The translations under genes were made by a program, and so were the position numbers. This document shows positions 1-13,583 of a stretch of 64,000 nt of DNA, piece after piece. Numbering within the stretch: position 1 is the first letter of the stretch; each line of letters begins with the position of its first letter. Source of the DNA: Protoeuglena noctilucae (taxonomy: Eukaryota); contig OY253674.1 of the NCBI GenBank assembly GCA_958009085.1, positions 744,001 to 808,000 of the forward strand, written 5' to 3'. The notes beneath the pieces are model-generated. The model saw only the letters and a list, made by a program, of their open reading frames with translations, was not told the origin of the DNA and searched no databases.

Positions 1-3000
1 GGCAGACTCCGTGCGCCCGGCCAGGGTTAGGAGCTGCGAGTACGGTGGCGACTCATTGTCAGAACACACACAGCCCGGAGCACAGGCAGAGTCTGGGCCA
101 TGCACATAAGACTAGTACTGGGCTACAGTGCAAGAGACTGATGCAATGGCGTCCATGTGTCATTTTCATTCGCGTATCTCACGTGGGCGGGCACTGGCTC
201 GCCCCCCTCAGTCTCTCTCCGCGCCTTCTCCGCCGCCACCCACTGCACGGCACGGATGGCCGCCTCGGACGCCACCTGCGCCCCGTCCCTCTGCGCCAAC
301 TCCATGACACTCGCAGCCGTCTGCTCCAGGGACCGGATGACACGCCCCACCAGCGACGCCAGCGGGGGGCCACGGCGGGGACCCGGGAGCCGCTCCACGT
401 CAGGCATGGAATTGCAGACGCACCAGCAGTGAGGCGGCGCCTGCAAGAGCAGCTCAAGACCCACCGCCGCTCGCTGCCACGCGTCGGTGCGGGCGTCGCT
501 GCTCTCGCTACCTGCCAGCAGGCCCGGGGCTGCCAGCAGGGCGTCCAGCACGTCCTGGCCGCACGTCGGCTCTGAATAGTCGCCGCCCTCCACCAGCCGC
601 CGGCCCAGGAACCCGAACCCCAGTGCCCAAAGCATCGCAGGGGTCGGGGGCCCGGCATCCCTCAGGGCCTTGGCGATAGCGGGCGCGAGGGCGAACTTGG
701 AGTCCTCGCCGCCGGGCTCTGCTCGCAGGCATGCCCGCACCCACCACAGGCCCCGGCAGGGCTGGGCAGGGGCCCCCTCCTCCGTCCCGGCTGCGGGCGG
801 CTGCCCCGCGTCCCCGCGGTCCCGCACCGAGTAGAGGGAGAGCAGCGACCGGAAGATGCGAAGGTAGGCGTGGCCGCGTCCAGTGGAGGGGTGCCGGGTC
901 ACCTCGATGTCCCTCACGATGGCGGATAGCGTGCCGGACGGGGATCGGCAAAGACACATAGGTGGAGACTGCCAGAGGAAAGCGAAGGGAGGTGATACAG
1001 GGTGGTATGACCCAGTCCCGCACACCAGGTCGGCGCCTGACTGGCGACATGGGTCGAGGCCGCTGACCATCGTTGCGCTCCCCGACCCTCACCTTAACCG
1101 CGGAGACCTCTGCCGGCTCGTCCAGAGGAGCAACGGTGCAATTTGTGCCACTTCCTTCTCTGACGAGTGCTAGCGCCACCTTGCCGCCCTCTGTGGCGAG
1201 CCGCACCGCAATCGCGGCCATGGGGTGCGTGCACCCAGGCCCAGCGGAGAGCGCCGTGGCCTGGACGACGAACCCCGACGGTCCGCGGAGCAGCGCGATG
1301 CCAGAGACGGGACAGGCGCTGACGGGCGCCATGGCTTGCGACACGCACGGGGCTTGCGTGGCGGGCACGTGCACAGGGACGTGCCAGGTCGCCACGCTCC
1401 CCAGCGCCGTCCCCGCGACGACCAGGAGCGCAGGCGAGTCGCCGCCGAGCGCAGCGGCGTCCACGGTCGTGAGGCCCTCCCCTGCCTCGCTAACTGCCGG
1501 GGTAAGGTACCCGGCGCTGAGCAGCGACAGACGCGTGGATAATCCCTCAGGACCTGCCCCACCCGCGGCGCCCTCGGCGCTGTCCCCGCCATCCACTCGC
1601 AGCACAGCCACCGTCCCGCAGCTTCCCACCGCCACCAGCACCAGCTCCCGCCCGCCAGGCCCATGGAGCCCCACCCACGTCATCGCCATGACCGTCCCCT
1701 GCACCGCCCTGCAAGACGCCGGGGCGCCCCATTCGAGGCCCACGGGCCCGTGAGCAGCAGGCACGACCGTCACCACGCCTGCGCGACTGCCCACTGCAAT
1801 GAAGGACCCCGCCGGCCGCGCTGCGTCGGGTCCCGCTTCTGGCCGACCCCCGTTCCCCGCTGCGGGTGCGCCAACGTGCCTCGCCGGAGACCACGCGACG
1901 CACGTGGCCTGCAGGAGACCCGCCCGCAACCCAAACACCCGCACGCGCTCGCGCGCAAAGGCGTTGGGGTTGACGCACCCCACCATAGGCGGCCGTGGCA
2001 CGGTCATGTAGCGCCCGGTGCCCACGACGTCCTCCGTCTCGGTCCCGAGCGCTCTGGCGATCAACTCCACGCGCGCGCCCCACGCCTCGTCCGTCGGTGG
2101 GTGCGCCGACTTGCGTCCTGAGGAAAACCGCCCCCCGCCACGCCCCCCGCCCCGCCCCCCACGCCGCCCGCCGCCCCTCCCCGCCCTGGGCTCGCCCTCG
2201 CCGCCCTCCCCCTCCCCCTCATCGTCATCCACTTCCATGTCCGCATCGCGGACGGCTAAGCTCCCCTGGCGGCGCCTTTTGGCCACTGGTGCTGCTTCCC
2301 CATCGCTGTCGCCGCTCCTCAACCCCTCGCCAGTCGCTCCTGCGAGCACAACCCCGCGCCAGGTTGCAAGGGTGAAGATGCAATGTACAGCTCCCGACCC
2401 GCACTAGCCATGCACGCGGCGCCTTGCAGTCGCTTCGCCGCTGGGCTACCCATGCCTCACCATCGCCCCTCCCACCGCCTCGTCCTGCCCCACGCCCCCT
2501 GCGCCCCCCACCCCTCCCTCGCCCGCCACCCCGCCCACTCCCGCCTGCCCCATCCGCCCTCCCGCTCTCTGCTCCCCCCGCGCCCCCAACGCTCCCATCC
2601 TCTCCCTTCAACACTATCGGCACTGCCGCCTCTTTCTGCCTCGCAGGCCCGGCCTCCTCACTCCCTTGGGCCGTGTCGGCCTCATCCGAGTCGCCCTGGC
2701 CGACGGTGCGACCTTTTCCGGACGCCCGGCCCTGTCGCCGCCCTGCCTCCTCCACACCCACCACCAGCGAACGGTCGCCGTGCACCCTGACGTCGCCCGT
2801 CGGTATCGGCCCCACGCCCGAGGGCGGGTCATCATCACCCACCACAGCTGGAGCGAACCAGACGCCGCCAATGCGCAGCGGGGGTGCCTTGCCCGCTCTC
2901 GCGGCCACCGCCCCCGCCTCGTCTGCCTCCACGTTCACCCACTCGGACTCTCCTGTGGTGTCGATGTTGTCCCGCCACTCGACCGACCGGCGCAGCTCTT

Positions 3001-4536
3001 TCGCAGACACCGTCAGCGTCTGCAAGCGGGAGGCGAGCGCTTGCATGTCGCGACGCCACTTCCACAGGGGGTGCCCTGGCCAAGCGTACCAAAGCGCCAC
3101 ATAGCATCTTACTACACATGCTGGTCGTCGGCCTCACCCTCTGGTACCCGCACAGGGCCACTTGCCATTTCCCTGCCGCATCGCCGGGTGCTGGCCCCAC
3201 CACCACGGCCTCCCACCAGGCGCCCTCCTGGCGGACGCGCACCCGGGCGCCACTCTTGACATCGGAGACCGCCAGATCCGTGCATGTCTGCAGTGAAGGC
3301 GGCCTAGCGGCACTCAATGATTGGCGCCATCACAGAAGAGACTGCCGGGGTGAACACGCCCCCCTGGGAATTCGGGCATGTCATGCCCGGCGGCTTCTGC
3401 GCTGTCAGGCGCAGAACAGACACACCTCAGGCGGCACGGGGCGGATGAGGCTGCCGGACCCCCGCAACTGGAGCGGGGTGCCCCGCTTGTGTGTCTTGGG
3501 CCGCTTGGTTTGGGACCCGGGCAGCGGCAGCCACTCGTCGGGCAGGGCGACGGCGCCGTCGTATTTGACCAATGCGAATCCGGAGGACACGGACGTCACC
3601 ATGGCGCTGCGCCAGGCCCCGCGCTCCCCCGGGGCGTTGTGCATGACCTCCACCTCCGCATCGCGGCGGAGGTCGCGGGGGACGCCAAGCGGGACGCGGC
3701 CGCCCCCGCGGAGCCGAAGAGGAGGACCTGCGATACTCGTTCGACAGCTCTCGCGCCGCAAAGCGCCGGGTGCTTTGAATTAGAGCACAGGCAGTCGCAC
3801 CGGACATACCTGGGGGCCCCGGGAGCGGGACGCCGACCCTCCACTGGCGATTTGTGAAGTGGGCCGCGATGTTCTCGGATAACAGCCTCTCCTGGTGCCA
3901 GGACAGGCCGTCGCGCCCGCGGACGAGCACGCGGACGGTGTTGTCGCTCCTGCACACGGCCAGCGCACAGGCCGAGCCCCCGCCCGAGCCCGGCGGGCCC
4001 CAAGAAACGCCAAGCACGCTTGAATCCGTTACATCGTACGCAAGGGAGTCCGCGACGTCCCTCTCCAGGCATGGCACGTCGAGGCTGGGGGACTCGAACA
4101 CCAACACCCCCACCACGCCCTCTTTCCCTGCGAAGAGCGAGATTTACGAGTCCGCGACGGACTGCTCTCGTATGACACGCCCTGAGCTAATCACAAGCGC
4201 GCGTCCGGCCGCGCATCGCGCGCGCACCGGCCTCCTCCAGGGTAACTGTGTCTCGTGGAGAGCTGAGGGCCGCGGCGTCCAGGATGAGGACGTTTGCCTC
4301 CCCTCCGACCTGCAGTCAGCGACAATTCTCCGATACGCGTCAGGGCGTTGGCCAAGCTCTTCGGGCCACCGTCTGGCTTGAACGGAGCTTCGAGCGCCTT
4401 GGGCGGCAAGGCCTCGTGGAGGGCCGCTCACCGCAATCAAGTTGCTCTCAGACCACGAAGCACACCCAGGATGTCTGACGGAGATCAGCAGCCGTTTTTG
4501 TCCCTTCAAGGACGAGTCCAGGACCGAAGAATTCAT
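1..4536 (-). CDS. Transcription factor IIIC 90-kDa (delta/GTF3C4)-like WD40 protein with two inserted Agenet/Tudor domains and RGG tracts; multi-exon, 3' end beyond window start
   Basis: The spliced N-terminus 'HPGCASWSESNLIA|VGGEANVLILD' and 'LGVSWGPPG..CALAVCRSDNTVRVL' resemble the plant TFIIIC_delta N-terminus (WSxxNLIAV; SWSPxG..GCLLAVCT). WD-like segments lie in ORF 508..2349. A GT donor at ~183 and an acceptor at ~34 show the gene continues past position 1. Confidence 0.6.
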
Positions 4537-4915
4537 GGGCTGGTGACGCGACTTGCCCGGGGAGGCCCGCGACGTCCCCTATGACCTGTCCATCGCGCGG
4601 AACGGTAAGTGGAGGAGCACACGCGATCGGCAGCGACGAATCCGTGTTTATATGAGCGTGACCTAGCCACAAATGCACCTTGCTCTGCCCGACTGCCTGT
4701 GCCTCATGGCACGACGGATAGCTTCATCAACGCATGCGGCATGAATCTCAGCGTCATTCGTCCAACGTTCAACGTTCCGGGGGTCGAATCCTTCTACATG
4801 TACCAGGGGCGTGCCAGTGTCGCTTCCGCACCCAACACAGGGGGCCCAAAACCCCGTCGAAACATTGCAGTAAAAACGCATTGCACTCGTCTCGCGCTCC
4901 AGCTATACCTGCGCC

Positions 4916-6218
4916 TCAGCGCTGCCACTGCCTGCGGTTGACGGCTCCGGCGTTGACATTCCGCGGGGTTGCGTCCCCATACGTGTATGACTGGCTGAGC
5001 GACCCATTCCCCACGACGGCGGCCACGTTCGCTCCCCCGGCGCTCGGGCTGCTCGCTTTGAACGTGCTGGACGGGGGAGGAGTGTTGGCGGGCGGAGGAG
5101 AGCCCACCGGCCCTGCACGGGCGGAGCGAGAAAGCCGTTTGGCGTGACTGCGGACCGCAGCCAGCATCATCACCACAAGGGTGGTGACGAAGGCGTCACC
5201 ACGTGGGGACCAAGCTCTCTCGCCACTCACCCATAGTCTGCCGCACGTAGCTCCGGTTCTGCTTGACGGGTGTCTGCCCACCCTTGCCGACTTCCATCAT
5301 CGCCGCCCACACCCCGCTGCTGCCCTGGGCGACCAGCGTCATCGCTTGCTGAATCGCCGCCATGGCAGCCTGCGGAGCATGTAGCACGAACTTCGTGACG
5401 CACAGCTGGCCCAGCGGTTCTCTCCTCGACAGACAGCTCCAAAACGGCACCAAGAGCAGCGCCACCGTGCTCGCCTTGGCCCCGTGCGTCTTGACCCACT
5501 CCGTCGTCTCGTCAATTTGCCTCTCGTGCTTCTGAAGCTGGGGCCGGATCACGCTTTCGTACAGAGTAAATGCGCCCTGCCACTTCGGGTGCCAGAGATA
5601 CACGACGAAGAGCATCTGCGACGGTTGGAGGGGCCGATGGTTTCTTGGCTCAGGGCTCCTGCCCGTGCAAGCCCACCACAAGCCCACAGCATTGCGTGCC
5701 AAACTCGCCTTCAGGACCAGGTAGAGCGGGAGCCAGGACAGCAACGTGTCCAGAAGCACCTCAGAAAAAGTGAAGGTCGCGATGACGATCCAGTACGTGC
5801 ACCATTTCGCGAGCGCGTCGCGTTTCCGCAGCAGGTCCTCTGCCGTCGCGCCGGGCTCTGAGGGGGGGGGCGCGACATCGCAGGCGATCAGCAGAACGAA
5901 TTGTGAAGATAGTCAGCATCGGCGCGCCGCTAGCCGACGCAGGGACCGCCTGGACCGTCGCCGCTGAGGCTGCCCCCACGTCGGCCCGCCGCGACGTGCT
6001 CGCCCGTGGTAACCGCCCACCCCGCTCTCTACCATGCAACTTGTGGTCGAACTAACAGAAAACGTCGTACCTGGTCTTAAAACACCGCCCGTACGGCCCC
6101 CGCATGCTAGACCTGCGTGGCGCTGATTGCACTCACTTAGAGGTCGCTCCAGCTGCTTGAAGCACATGTACCCGGGGTACAGGTACCCCAAACCCAACAG
6201 AACGAGTCGGCCCAGCAT
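4916..6218 (-). CDS. HVA22/TB2-DP1 (REEP-like) membrane protein, multi-exon
   Basis: Motifs 'LGYLYPGYMCFK', 'YWIVIATFTFSE', 'LLSWLPLY', 'FVVYLWHPKWQGAFTLYESVIRP..HERQID'. Two introns have GC donors (5708..5616, 5474..5370). The last exon boundary is less certain. Confidence 0.85.
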
Positions 6219-6862
6219 TTGGCCTCCCTGGCTGTCACCCTCCCCCGCGCAGTGGCGGTAGAGCTGACCACGCCGTCCTGGCCGCTTGCACCGGGTTCCG
6301 ACGCCTGCTCAGCGGTCTAGATGGCCAATTGAACTTCCAAGCGCTGTCGCTGGGTTCTGAGATGCGCTGCGACGGCGTTGTTACGCCGGGCCAACCCTGC
6401 AATGCTTTGGGCTCTCCTCTTGCCAGCAGTAAGAGTTCACGAGCACGAGGTGTCAATGCTGGCAGCTGAGAGCTGTCGTGTGACCGCGGCGTCGCCCCGA
6501 GGCAAAAAAAACTGGCACCAGGGTTCCCCCCGGAACGCGGGACCCGCGCCCCTCCTGAGGCCTCCGCGGCACGCCTGGGTCCTCAGAACGCAACGAAACC
6601 GCCTGGCCTGCACTGCATAGCCCGCGCACACCTCCCCTCTCGCTCAAGCTGGTGAAGGAGCACAGAGCGCTCTCCGCGACCTTTTTGACGGGCACCTGCC
6701 GTTGACGTGAGGTTTCGCCGTCACGGAGTAGTCGCTACCGTCCGAAGCGCCGGTATCTGCGTTCCGAGGGGACTCGTTTCACCGCGGGAGGGCCAGGGGC
6801 GCTCGTGCCCTCCTTCGCCCACTTGCGAGGCCCGCGCGGGCCCGTCGAGGCCGGGCGACGCC

Positions 6863-8097
6863 ATGCCAATCCTGGACCTCATTTTCGGGAAGAGGAAGAC
6901 CCCGGCGGAGGTGCTGCGGGAGAACAAGCGCATGCTGGACCGGGCCATCAGGTGGGTCGCGCGGGTACCCGAACGGGCCCTTCTGCGGGGTCGCGAGCCT
7001 CGCGTCGTCTTTCGTCCGTACCTGGGCTCTCACGCAGTCAGCTATACAGCTGCGCGAGCGCCTCGGTCTCTCGTCGCGCCGCAGGGAGCTGGACCGGGAA
7101 CGCAACGCGATGCAGACCCAGGAGAAGAAGCTCATCGCCGAGATTAAACAGATGGCCGGGAAGGGGCAGAATGACGCGTGCAAGATCATGGCCAAGCAGC
7201 TCGTGCGCAACCGTCGCGCCATCCAGAAGTTTTACCAGCTCAAGGTGGGACACAGAGTTTGGAGAAACCACTCGTCCCCGCCCGAGATGGCGGGAATAGG
7301 GACATCTTGATCCGTGGCACTGACTTGCTTCGCTTACGCCGAAGGAGCGGGTATCTGGGGACGGGTTGGATCGTAACCTGGGAGCGGACCGGTCCTTGCC
7401 CGCCCTCGTGACGCAGTCGCATCTGCAGGCCGTGAGCCTGAAGATCACGGCCGCCAAGAGCATGGACTCGATGGCCCATGCGATGGCGGGCGCCACCAAG
7501 GCGATGGGCGCCATGAATCGCCAGTTCAACCTCCCGGCCCTCCGTGGCATCATGATGGAGTTTGAGAAGCAGAACAACAAGATGGAGCAGACGCAGGACA
7601 TGATGGACGACGTCTTCGACGATGAGGGTGCGCCGCGCCTCGCATGCCGCGAGTGGGGTTGGCTGCCCACCGGCGCCGGCCGCGCATCGCCTTGCATGAC
7701 CGCCGACCCCGTCGCCCGCGCGTGCCGCAGGGGCGGAGGAGGAGAGCGACGAGATCGTGAAGCAGGTGTTGGACGAGCTGAGCATCAACCTGACCATGCA
7801 GCTCGGCAGCGTGCCCCAGGCGGCTGCTGACACGGGACCTCAGAAGGAGGCTGTGGCAGAGGTGAGCTCCGCGCACGGCCCCCCCAAGAGCATCTCGCGA
7901 CCGGAACGTTTCAGTTGGTTGCGCTTCCGGGGGCATGAGTGCCGCTGTATATTGTCGCCATCACTATCCCTCCGCAGGGCATGGGTGGGGCGGGAAAGCC
8001 CACCGGCGGCAGCAAACCGAGCGGCGGGGACGGGGGCGGCGGAGGGGGCCTCAGTAGCGATCTTCAGGCTAGGCTGGACAACCTCCGCAAAGGCTGA
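6863..8097 (+). CDS. VPS2: ESCRT-III subunit VPS2/CHMP2 (Snf7 family), 5 exons
   Basis: 'IFGKRKTPAEVLRENKRMLDRAIRELDRER..QEKKLIAEIK..KIMAKQLVR', 'IMMEFEKQ', and a C-terminal MIM 'DLQARLDNLRKG*' (TGA 8095-8097). Four GT-AG introns restore the frame. Confidence 0.95.
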
Positions 8098-8185
8098 GGG
8101 GTCTGGGCTGCACGGCAATGGCGCGCGGCAGGCCCATGTGGGAACGCGAGCGCTTGGCTTGCTGCACGATTGTCATTTGCATAGG

Positions 8186-10199
8186 CTACACGACGGGGCT
8201 ATCCCCACCGTCGCCGAGCAGCCCCGGCCCACCATAGGAGGGCAGCGGCGTGAGAAGCGCGTATTCGTCATCAATCATCGTCTCCACGTCCCGGAGGAAG
8301 GTCCCGTAGGCCACCGCCTCCAGCACCATGCGCCGCTGCGTCGCGGCGGTCATCGTCACCGTCTGCACCTTGTCCTCCACCACCGCCTGCTGGAGCTTGC
8401 GCACCAACTCCTGCATGTCAGCGATCTCGTTCATCTCCCCCACCGCCTCCTGCATCTCCCTGCAAACCAGCAAAGGGTGACTCTCATCGGTTGACAGAGC
8501 AGACCCTGCCGACCCAGCCGACCCATGGTGCGAGTCCCGCCCATGTCCATGGTCACAGGCAGGCACAGCGCCCCACCTCTGAAGGTCGGAAATCTTCCCA
8601 AACAGTCCGATTGTCTGCCTCTCCACGAGCGCCATGCCCTCCACCGACACGAGCCGCGCCGTCTCCTGCAGCGTCGCCTGGTCAAACCGCTCCATGTATC
8701 CCTTGAGCGTCGTGCGCGCGCTCGACTGTTCCCCCGGGTCCACGCGGGCCTCCCCCTTGCCGCCCCGCGCGCCCTGCGTCCCCTCCCCCGCGCCCTCGCC
8801 GACGGGCCGCCCGTCCTCGTCCACGTCGTCCTCCAAGTGCGTGCTCTTGAACAGCTTCTCCAGGCGCGCTGCCGCGTTGGCCACGCCCTGGTCGTCGAGG
8901 GTGCCCAGGGCCATGTCCAGCTGGAACCGCTTGTCGATGCGGCGGATGAAGTACCCGAACATGATGCTGGCGGCGTAGACCTGCGCGGCCTGCAGCTTGC
9001 CGAACTTGACGGGCGTGCTGCCAAACGCCTGCGACGCCGGGCCCATGACCGCCATCAGGTGCTCCTTGACCAGGTCCAGCGCCTCCTTGCTGTGCACACC
9101 CTCCGTCAAGAACTTGAAGTTTCCTGCGCATGGTGCGGCACAGGGGCGTTGTGAACGTGCTGCCAACACGCCGGGGCGCCTGTCGTGGCAAGTGCTGGCT
9201 TCGGAGATTCGCGACACTCAGCGGCGCGCCTCACCAGGTGGCAAGTCGACCATGCCGTCCAGCGGGGGGAGCAAGTCGACCCCCGCGCTCACAAACTTCT
9301 CCACCACACACAGGTACATCACGTCCTCCACGGAAAGCCTCCGCTCCGCCTCGCGCACCTCGCCCATGCGCTGGTACAGGACCAACTCGGACCCGCCGCT
9401 CTCCTGCGAACCGCGGGAATATCGAGAAGCATCTGCACGCACGCTGCCCCACGCCCGCCGAGCCCAACACCGCGTCATCCTCGCGTCTCCTCGCGCATGA
9501 CCCCATTCCCCTCACCTTGGCTTTCGACTTTAAGCTCGTCTCGTTCCTTCTCTCCGCCTTGATGCGCTCCAGCTGCCCCCGCACGGCCTCCTGGAAGAGG
9601 TGCGGCTGCTGGTCAAGGTAGTACTCCAACATCTCGCCCAGAGAGGACTTGGGTTTCGCCGGAGCCTGCGCACAGACGACGAAAGAGGCAGCGCTCGCGC
9701 GCTCCGCTCGTCCGCGGGCCTGACGGCGCGGGGCGCGACCCCGCTGACGCGTCCGCTAATTCACGCCGCTCCGCTCGCCCGGCGCGGGCCTGCCGGGGCG
9801 CCTATATCGGCGTCCCAAGCGCAAAACATCGATGAAGCCGATTGGACGACATAGGTCCATGTTACTGGCCCCAGAGGCCCAAAACCGCTCCTGCCAACCT
9901 CCAGGCTCCCGAGCGGCCACCCTGCCCAGGCCGCGCGGCGCTCTCCCGCGTCGGCAGCAAGGCCGATTCGATTGCGACACATAGAGATGGGACTGCGCCG
10001 AAACTGCCCACCGGATGGCTCCCTGCGGCCTCACCAGACGGGAGTCATCGCTTGCCCGGACCGCGACGCCGCGACGGCGGGCCAAGGCGCGCCCGCGCGC
10101 GACTGACGCATGGGGAATCACGACACGAACCCGACAGCCGCTTTGCGCGTGCGCGCACAGCGGCGCGCGGCGCGAGCTCGCGCCCAGAAGGTTCTGCAT
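8186..10199 (-). CDS. DUF760 / UV-B-induced At3g17800-like chloroplast protein, multi-exon
   Basis: Arg/Ala/Ser-rich transit-like N-terminus; 'HLFQEAVRGQLE', 'LYQRMGEVREAERRLSVEDVMY', 'GVHSKEALDLVKEHL', 'QVYAASIMFGYFIRR', 'MVLEAVAYGTFLRDVE'. Confidence 0.85.
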
Positions 10200-10423
10200 C
10201 TCTCCCGTCCCCTCCGATCCTTCACAACATCGGCAATGTCGCTCTGACTACGAGAGTTGAACAGGAAGTCGCTGGGACTGCGCGCTCGACCGCATGCGCT
10301 GGCAATTTCTCATCTAGGCCGCTACTGGCAAATTGCGCGCCACTACACATTGCTCCAAGCGAATCCGGAAGCGGCTAGCCGGGCTGCCACTTCGACTGGC
10401 TCCGCATCGCAGGGGCAGCGCGC

Positions 10424-13275
10424 CTAGAAAGGGCAGACCGCGCTGGCGATTTGGGTGAGGAAGCTGGGGCACATGGGCACCCGGTAAATCCAGTGGAGGT
10501 CCCGCACGTCCTCCCCAATGATGGCCCGCGCCACTTCCTCGACTGCGGGCCAGAGCGCGACCGCCAGGTCATGGAGGCCCCGGGCCCAGCTGCACTTTCG
10601 CCCGCCCCCCCGGCGCGGTGCGGCGAGTCACCTAACCGGTCCTGCCCGGACATGGGCGCTTCCAGGAGAGGGCTCGTGTGGGTGTGCCCGACCATGACCT
10701 CTAACGCCCCGCGAACGCCCGCCTTCAGCAGCGCCCTGTAGTACTCCTCGCTCTGGTCCAACGGAGCCGTCTTGTCCCTGTCCCCGTGCAGCAGCCACAC
10801 GCGCGGGTGGAACGCCGCGGCCCCCGCGTATGCTTCGCTCCGCAGCAGCCGCGCGGGCGAGTAGGCCTCCAGGTCCATCTCGCCCTTACGCGAGAAGATG
10901 CCCCTGCGTTAAAGGCCACAACAGTCGCAACCTCGCCACAGCAAGGCAGTCCGCTCGCGCCGTGAAAGGACTCGACTCGCACGTCGCCGATAGCTGAGCA
11001 CGGGCAACGCAAAGCGGGCCCAGGTCTCACTTGGTCAGCGACTCGTACATGCCGCGCTCGTTGAAGTGCGGCGCAGCTTTGACGATGTCGTAGACACCCG
11101 AGACCCCGATGAACGCCCGGACCTTCTCGATGGGCCAGCGTGGGTAGCTTGCGAAAGGCATCCGGTCCCGCTTGCTCCCTGCGGCCACGCAGTCAGACTC
11201 TCATTGCAGCGAGACGCATGGAGAGCTCCTCTGTCCCTGCACTCCGCAGCTTTAGCTGGTCGGCAGCAGCACACGCGAGTGCGCACCCTTGGTCGGAGCT
11301 GCGCCGTCCGGCCCCCCCGTCCGGCTGCCCTCCCGGGAGAAGAGCGCACGCCGGATCTCAGCGTGCGGGTTGTCGCAGTCCTGCAGCGGCATCTTTGGCG
11401 TCGAGGGGATGGGGGAGATGACGGACGGCGCCCCGTCGAGCAGCGGCGTGCCGGGCGTGGCGGACACCGTCGGCTGCAACCCCGCCTCCCGGTCGACCCC
11501 GGCCCTGCGGAAGAAACCGACGGCCCCACCATCAGCACTGCCTTATCGCCATAACAAGTGTCCCTCTGACCGGGCGCGCCGCCTCGGGATATGCCATGTA
11601 GGCTACGCCCGCCGCTCCGCCCCCGTCTCACCGCAACTCCCTCTCTGCCCGGCCCGTGTCGATGCTCAGGACCTTGCTCTGGACGCGGCTCGCCACGTCG
11701 TTCGCGTCCACCTGCCCCTGCGCCGCCGCCGCCGCGGACCAGGACGAGCGCGCCAGCCGTGAGGCCTCGTCGTGTGACTTTGCCAGGGCCTGGTGCAGCA
11801 CGCCCATCGCGCTCAGGTGAGCCCCCGCCGACTGCCCCACCACCGTGATGTTGTCCGGGTCCCCGCCGAACCTGCGGCAGAGCACGAGGCGGGCCGTGAA
11901 CGTGCGACGCCCTCCCGGGGCTGCCGCCCTCCCTCCCCGCACGGCCGTCTGCCACGTCCCTGCCCTGCCCGCGCTGCGCTAACTTGATTCCCATTCTGCC
12001 AGCACCCGCGCCTGCGCCAAACGCAAGAGCGCCCGTGCCGCTCACTTGCGGATGTGCGTGCAGATCCACCGCATGGCCTTGTTGAAGTCCTCCACCATGT
12101 CCTCCGCTGTGCCCTGGGGGAAGTTGCGGTAGTCCACGGAGCACACCAGGATCCCCCGCTGGGACAGGCGCCGCGCCAGCAGCGCGCCCCAGGCCTGCGG
12201 TGGATTGCCAAAAAGGTATTTAGTGGCAGTGAGTGCTTCCTCGCGCCAACCCAACCAACCCAAGGCAGCCGGCTGAGGCCGAGACCCGCTGCAGCGGGCA
12301 GCCACGCACCCGGTGTCCGATGATCCAGGCCCCTCCCGTGACGAACACGGCGACGGGGCGCGCGGGCGACTCCTTGAACCACTTGGCCCGGGGCACGTAG
12401 AGGTCCAGGACCTGCCGGGGCTTGCGACCGTACCGCACGGAGCGGATGCAGCGGGGGCTGAAGAAGTAGAACCAAATCATTTGCAGAAACCTGCATGCCC
12501 GGACGCAGTAGGGTTAGGTCGCGTGCGTGCCTCCGCCCTCCCAGCCCGCGCCGAGGCGCCGGGTCCTCACCCGGGTAACAAGAGCATAGAGAAGATGACC
12601 AGGCGAATGAATTGAACCAGCCACTTCCAGCCGATGCCCACGTAAGTCGAGAGCTGGACGGCAAGGAGCCAGTAGCGGGAAAGCTCCTGCGCGACGCCCT
12701 CCACGCCGCCCATGCCACTGCAAGCGCGGTGTATTTAATACCAACTATCTCCTTGTCACAGTGCCGACCAAATCAACGGCCCTTGGGCTCATCGCTCGGC
12801 GCATGTCGACGGGGCTCACTTGGTGGTGACCTCGACGCCATCTAGAACCTCGTCGTCGTCTAAGATCGTCACGAGAGCCGCCGACGGCACCACATAGTCA
12901 TGATCAGGCGCCCGCGACGCCCCGCTGCGACGGCAGTGGCGAGGCGGAGGTCGCAAGCATGCTCTCCCGGCATCCCCACCACTGCATCGCTCGCCGCACC
13001 GAAACGCATAGGGGTCCGCGGGATCATTCCTATCGATAATTTCGTCAGATGCAGCGTCCTCTCGCAAGAATGTACCGCAGGAGCAGCGCATTTGGGGACC
13101 ATGTGTCCCGTGGCCCTCCAGCGTGAAATTCGCAGCGCGCAACGAGCCGAACGTGCCTGACGCTGTGTACCCGTTGATGGAAGGAGTGCGTGCTGCTGAG
13201 GGAAGCCTCTTCAGCGGTCCTGCTCGCGGCCGGGGAGCTCGGCGTGGTCGCATCGTTCCTGTCATCCGCTCCCAT
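10424..13275 (-). CDS. ICME: Isoprenylcysteine alpha-carbonyl methylesterase (ICME/PCME; alpha/beta hydrolase), multi-exon; start codon tentative
   Basis: 'VRYGRKPRQVLDLYVP', 'VFVTGGAWIIGHRAWGALL', 'VDYRNFPQG', nucleophile 'VGQSAGAHL', 'FIGVSGVYD', 'LLHGDRDKT', 'GHTHT', and the conserved C-terminus 'ASAVCPF*' (TAG 10424-10426). Confidence 0.88.
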
Positions 13276-13583
13276 GCTCGCGCTCCCCCCTGCCGAGGCG
13301 TCCTGCCCGCTCGGAGCTTACACAATGCCGAGGCTGTTGCACGATTGACTGGAAGTCGCGAGAGGACGCGTGCAGGCCCCTGCTGTGATGACAGGAGCTC
13401 AATCGGTGCCCAAACAAGGCTAGTGCACACGACCGACCTCGACAGATGCACGTTGAAGCAGACCGAGCAAGCCAGGCACGTTCATCGACGAGCAGCAGCA
13501 TGACACACGCGGACTGTCGCACGGGCGTGCAGCCCGAAGCCCAATACACCCTGCTCTCCAAAACCTAGTCGGCGCCTCCAGCC

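Noticed and set aside
4760..4800. Possible tRNA gene from the T-loop-like GGTCGAATCC
   Set aside because: No acceptor stem, D-arm or anticodon arm can be folded around it.
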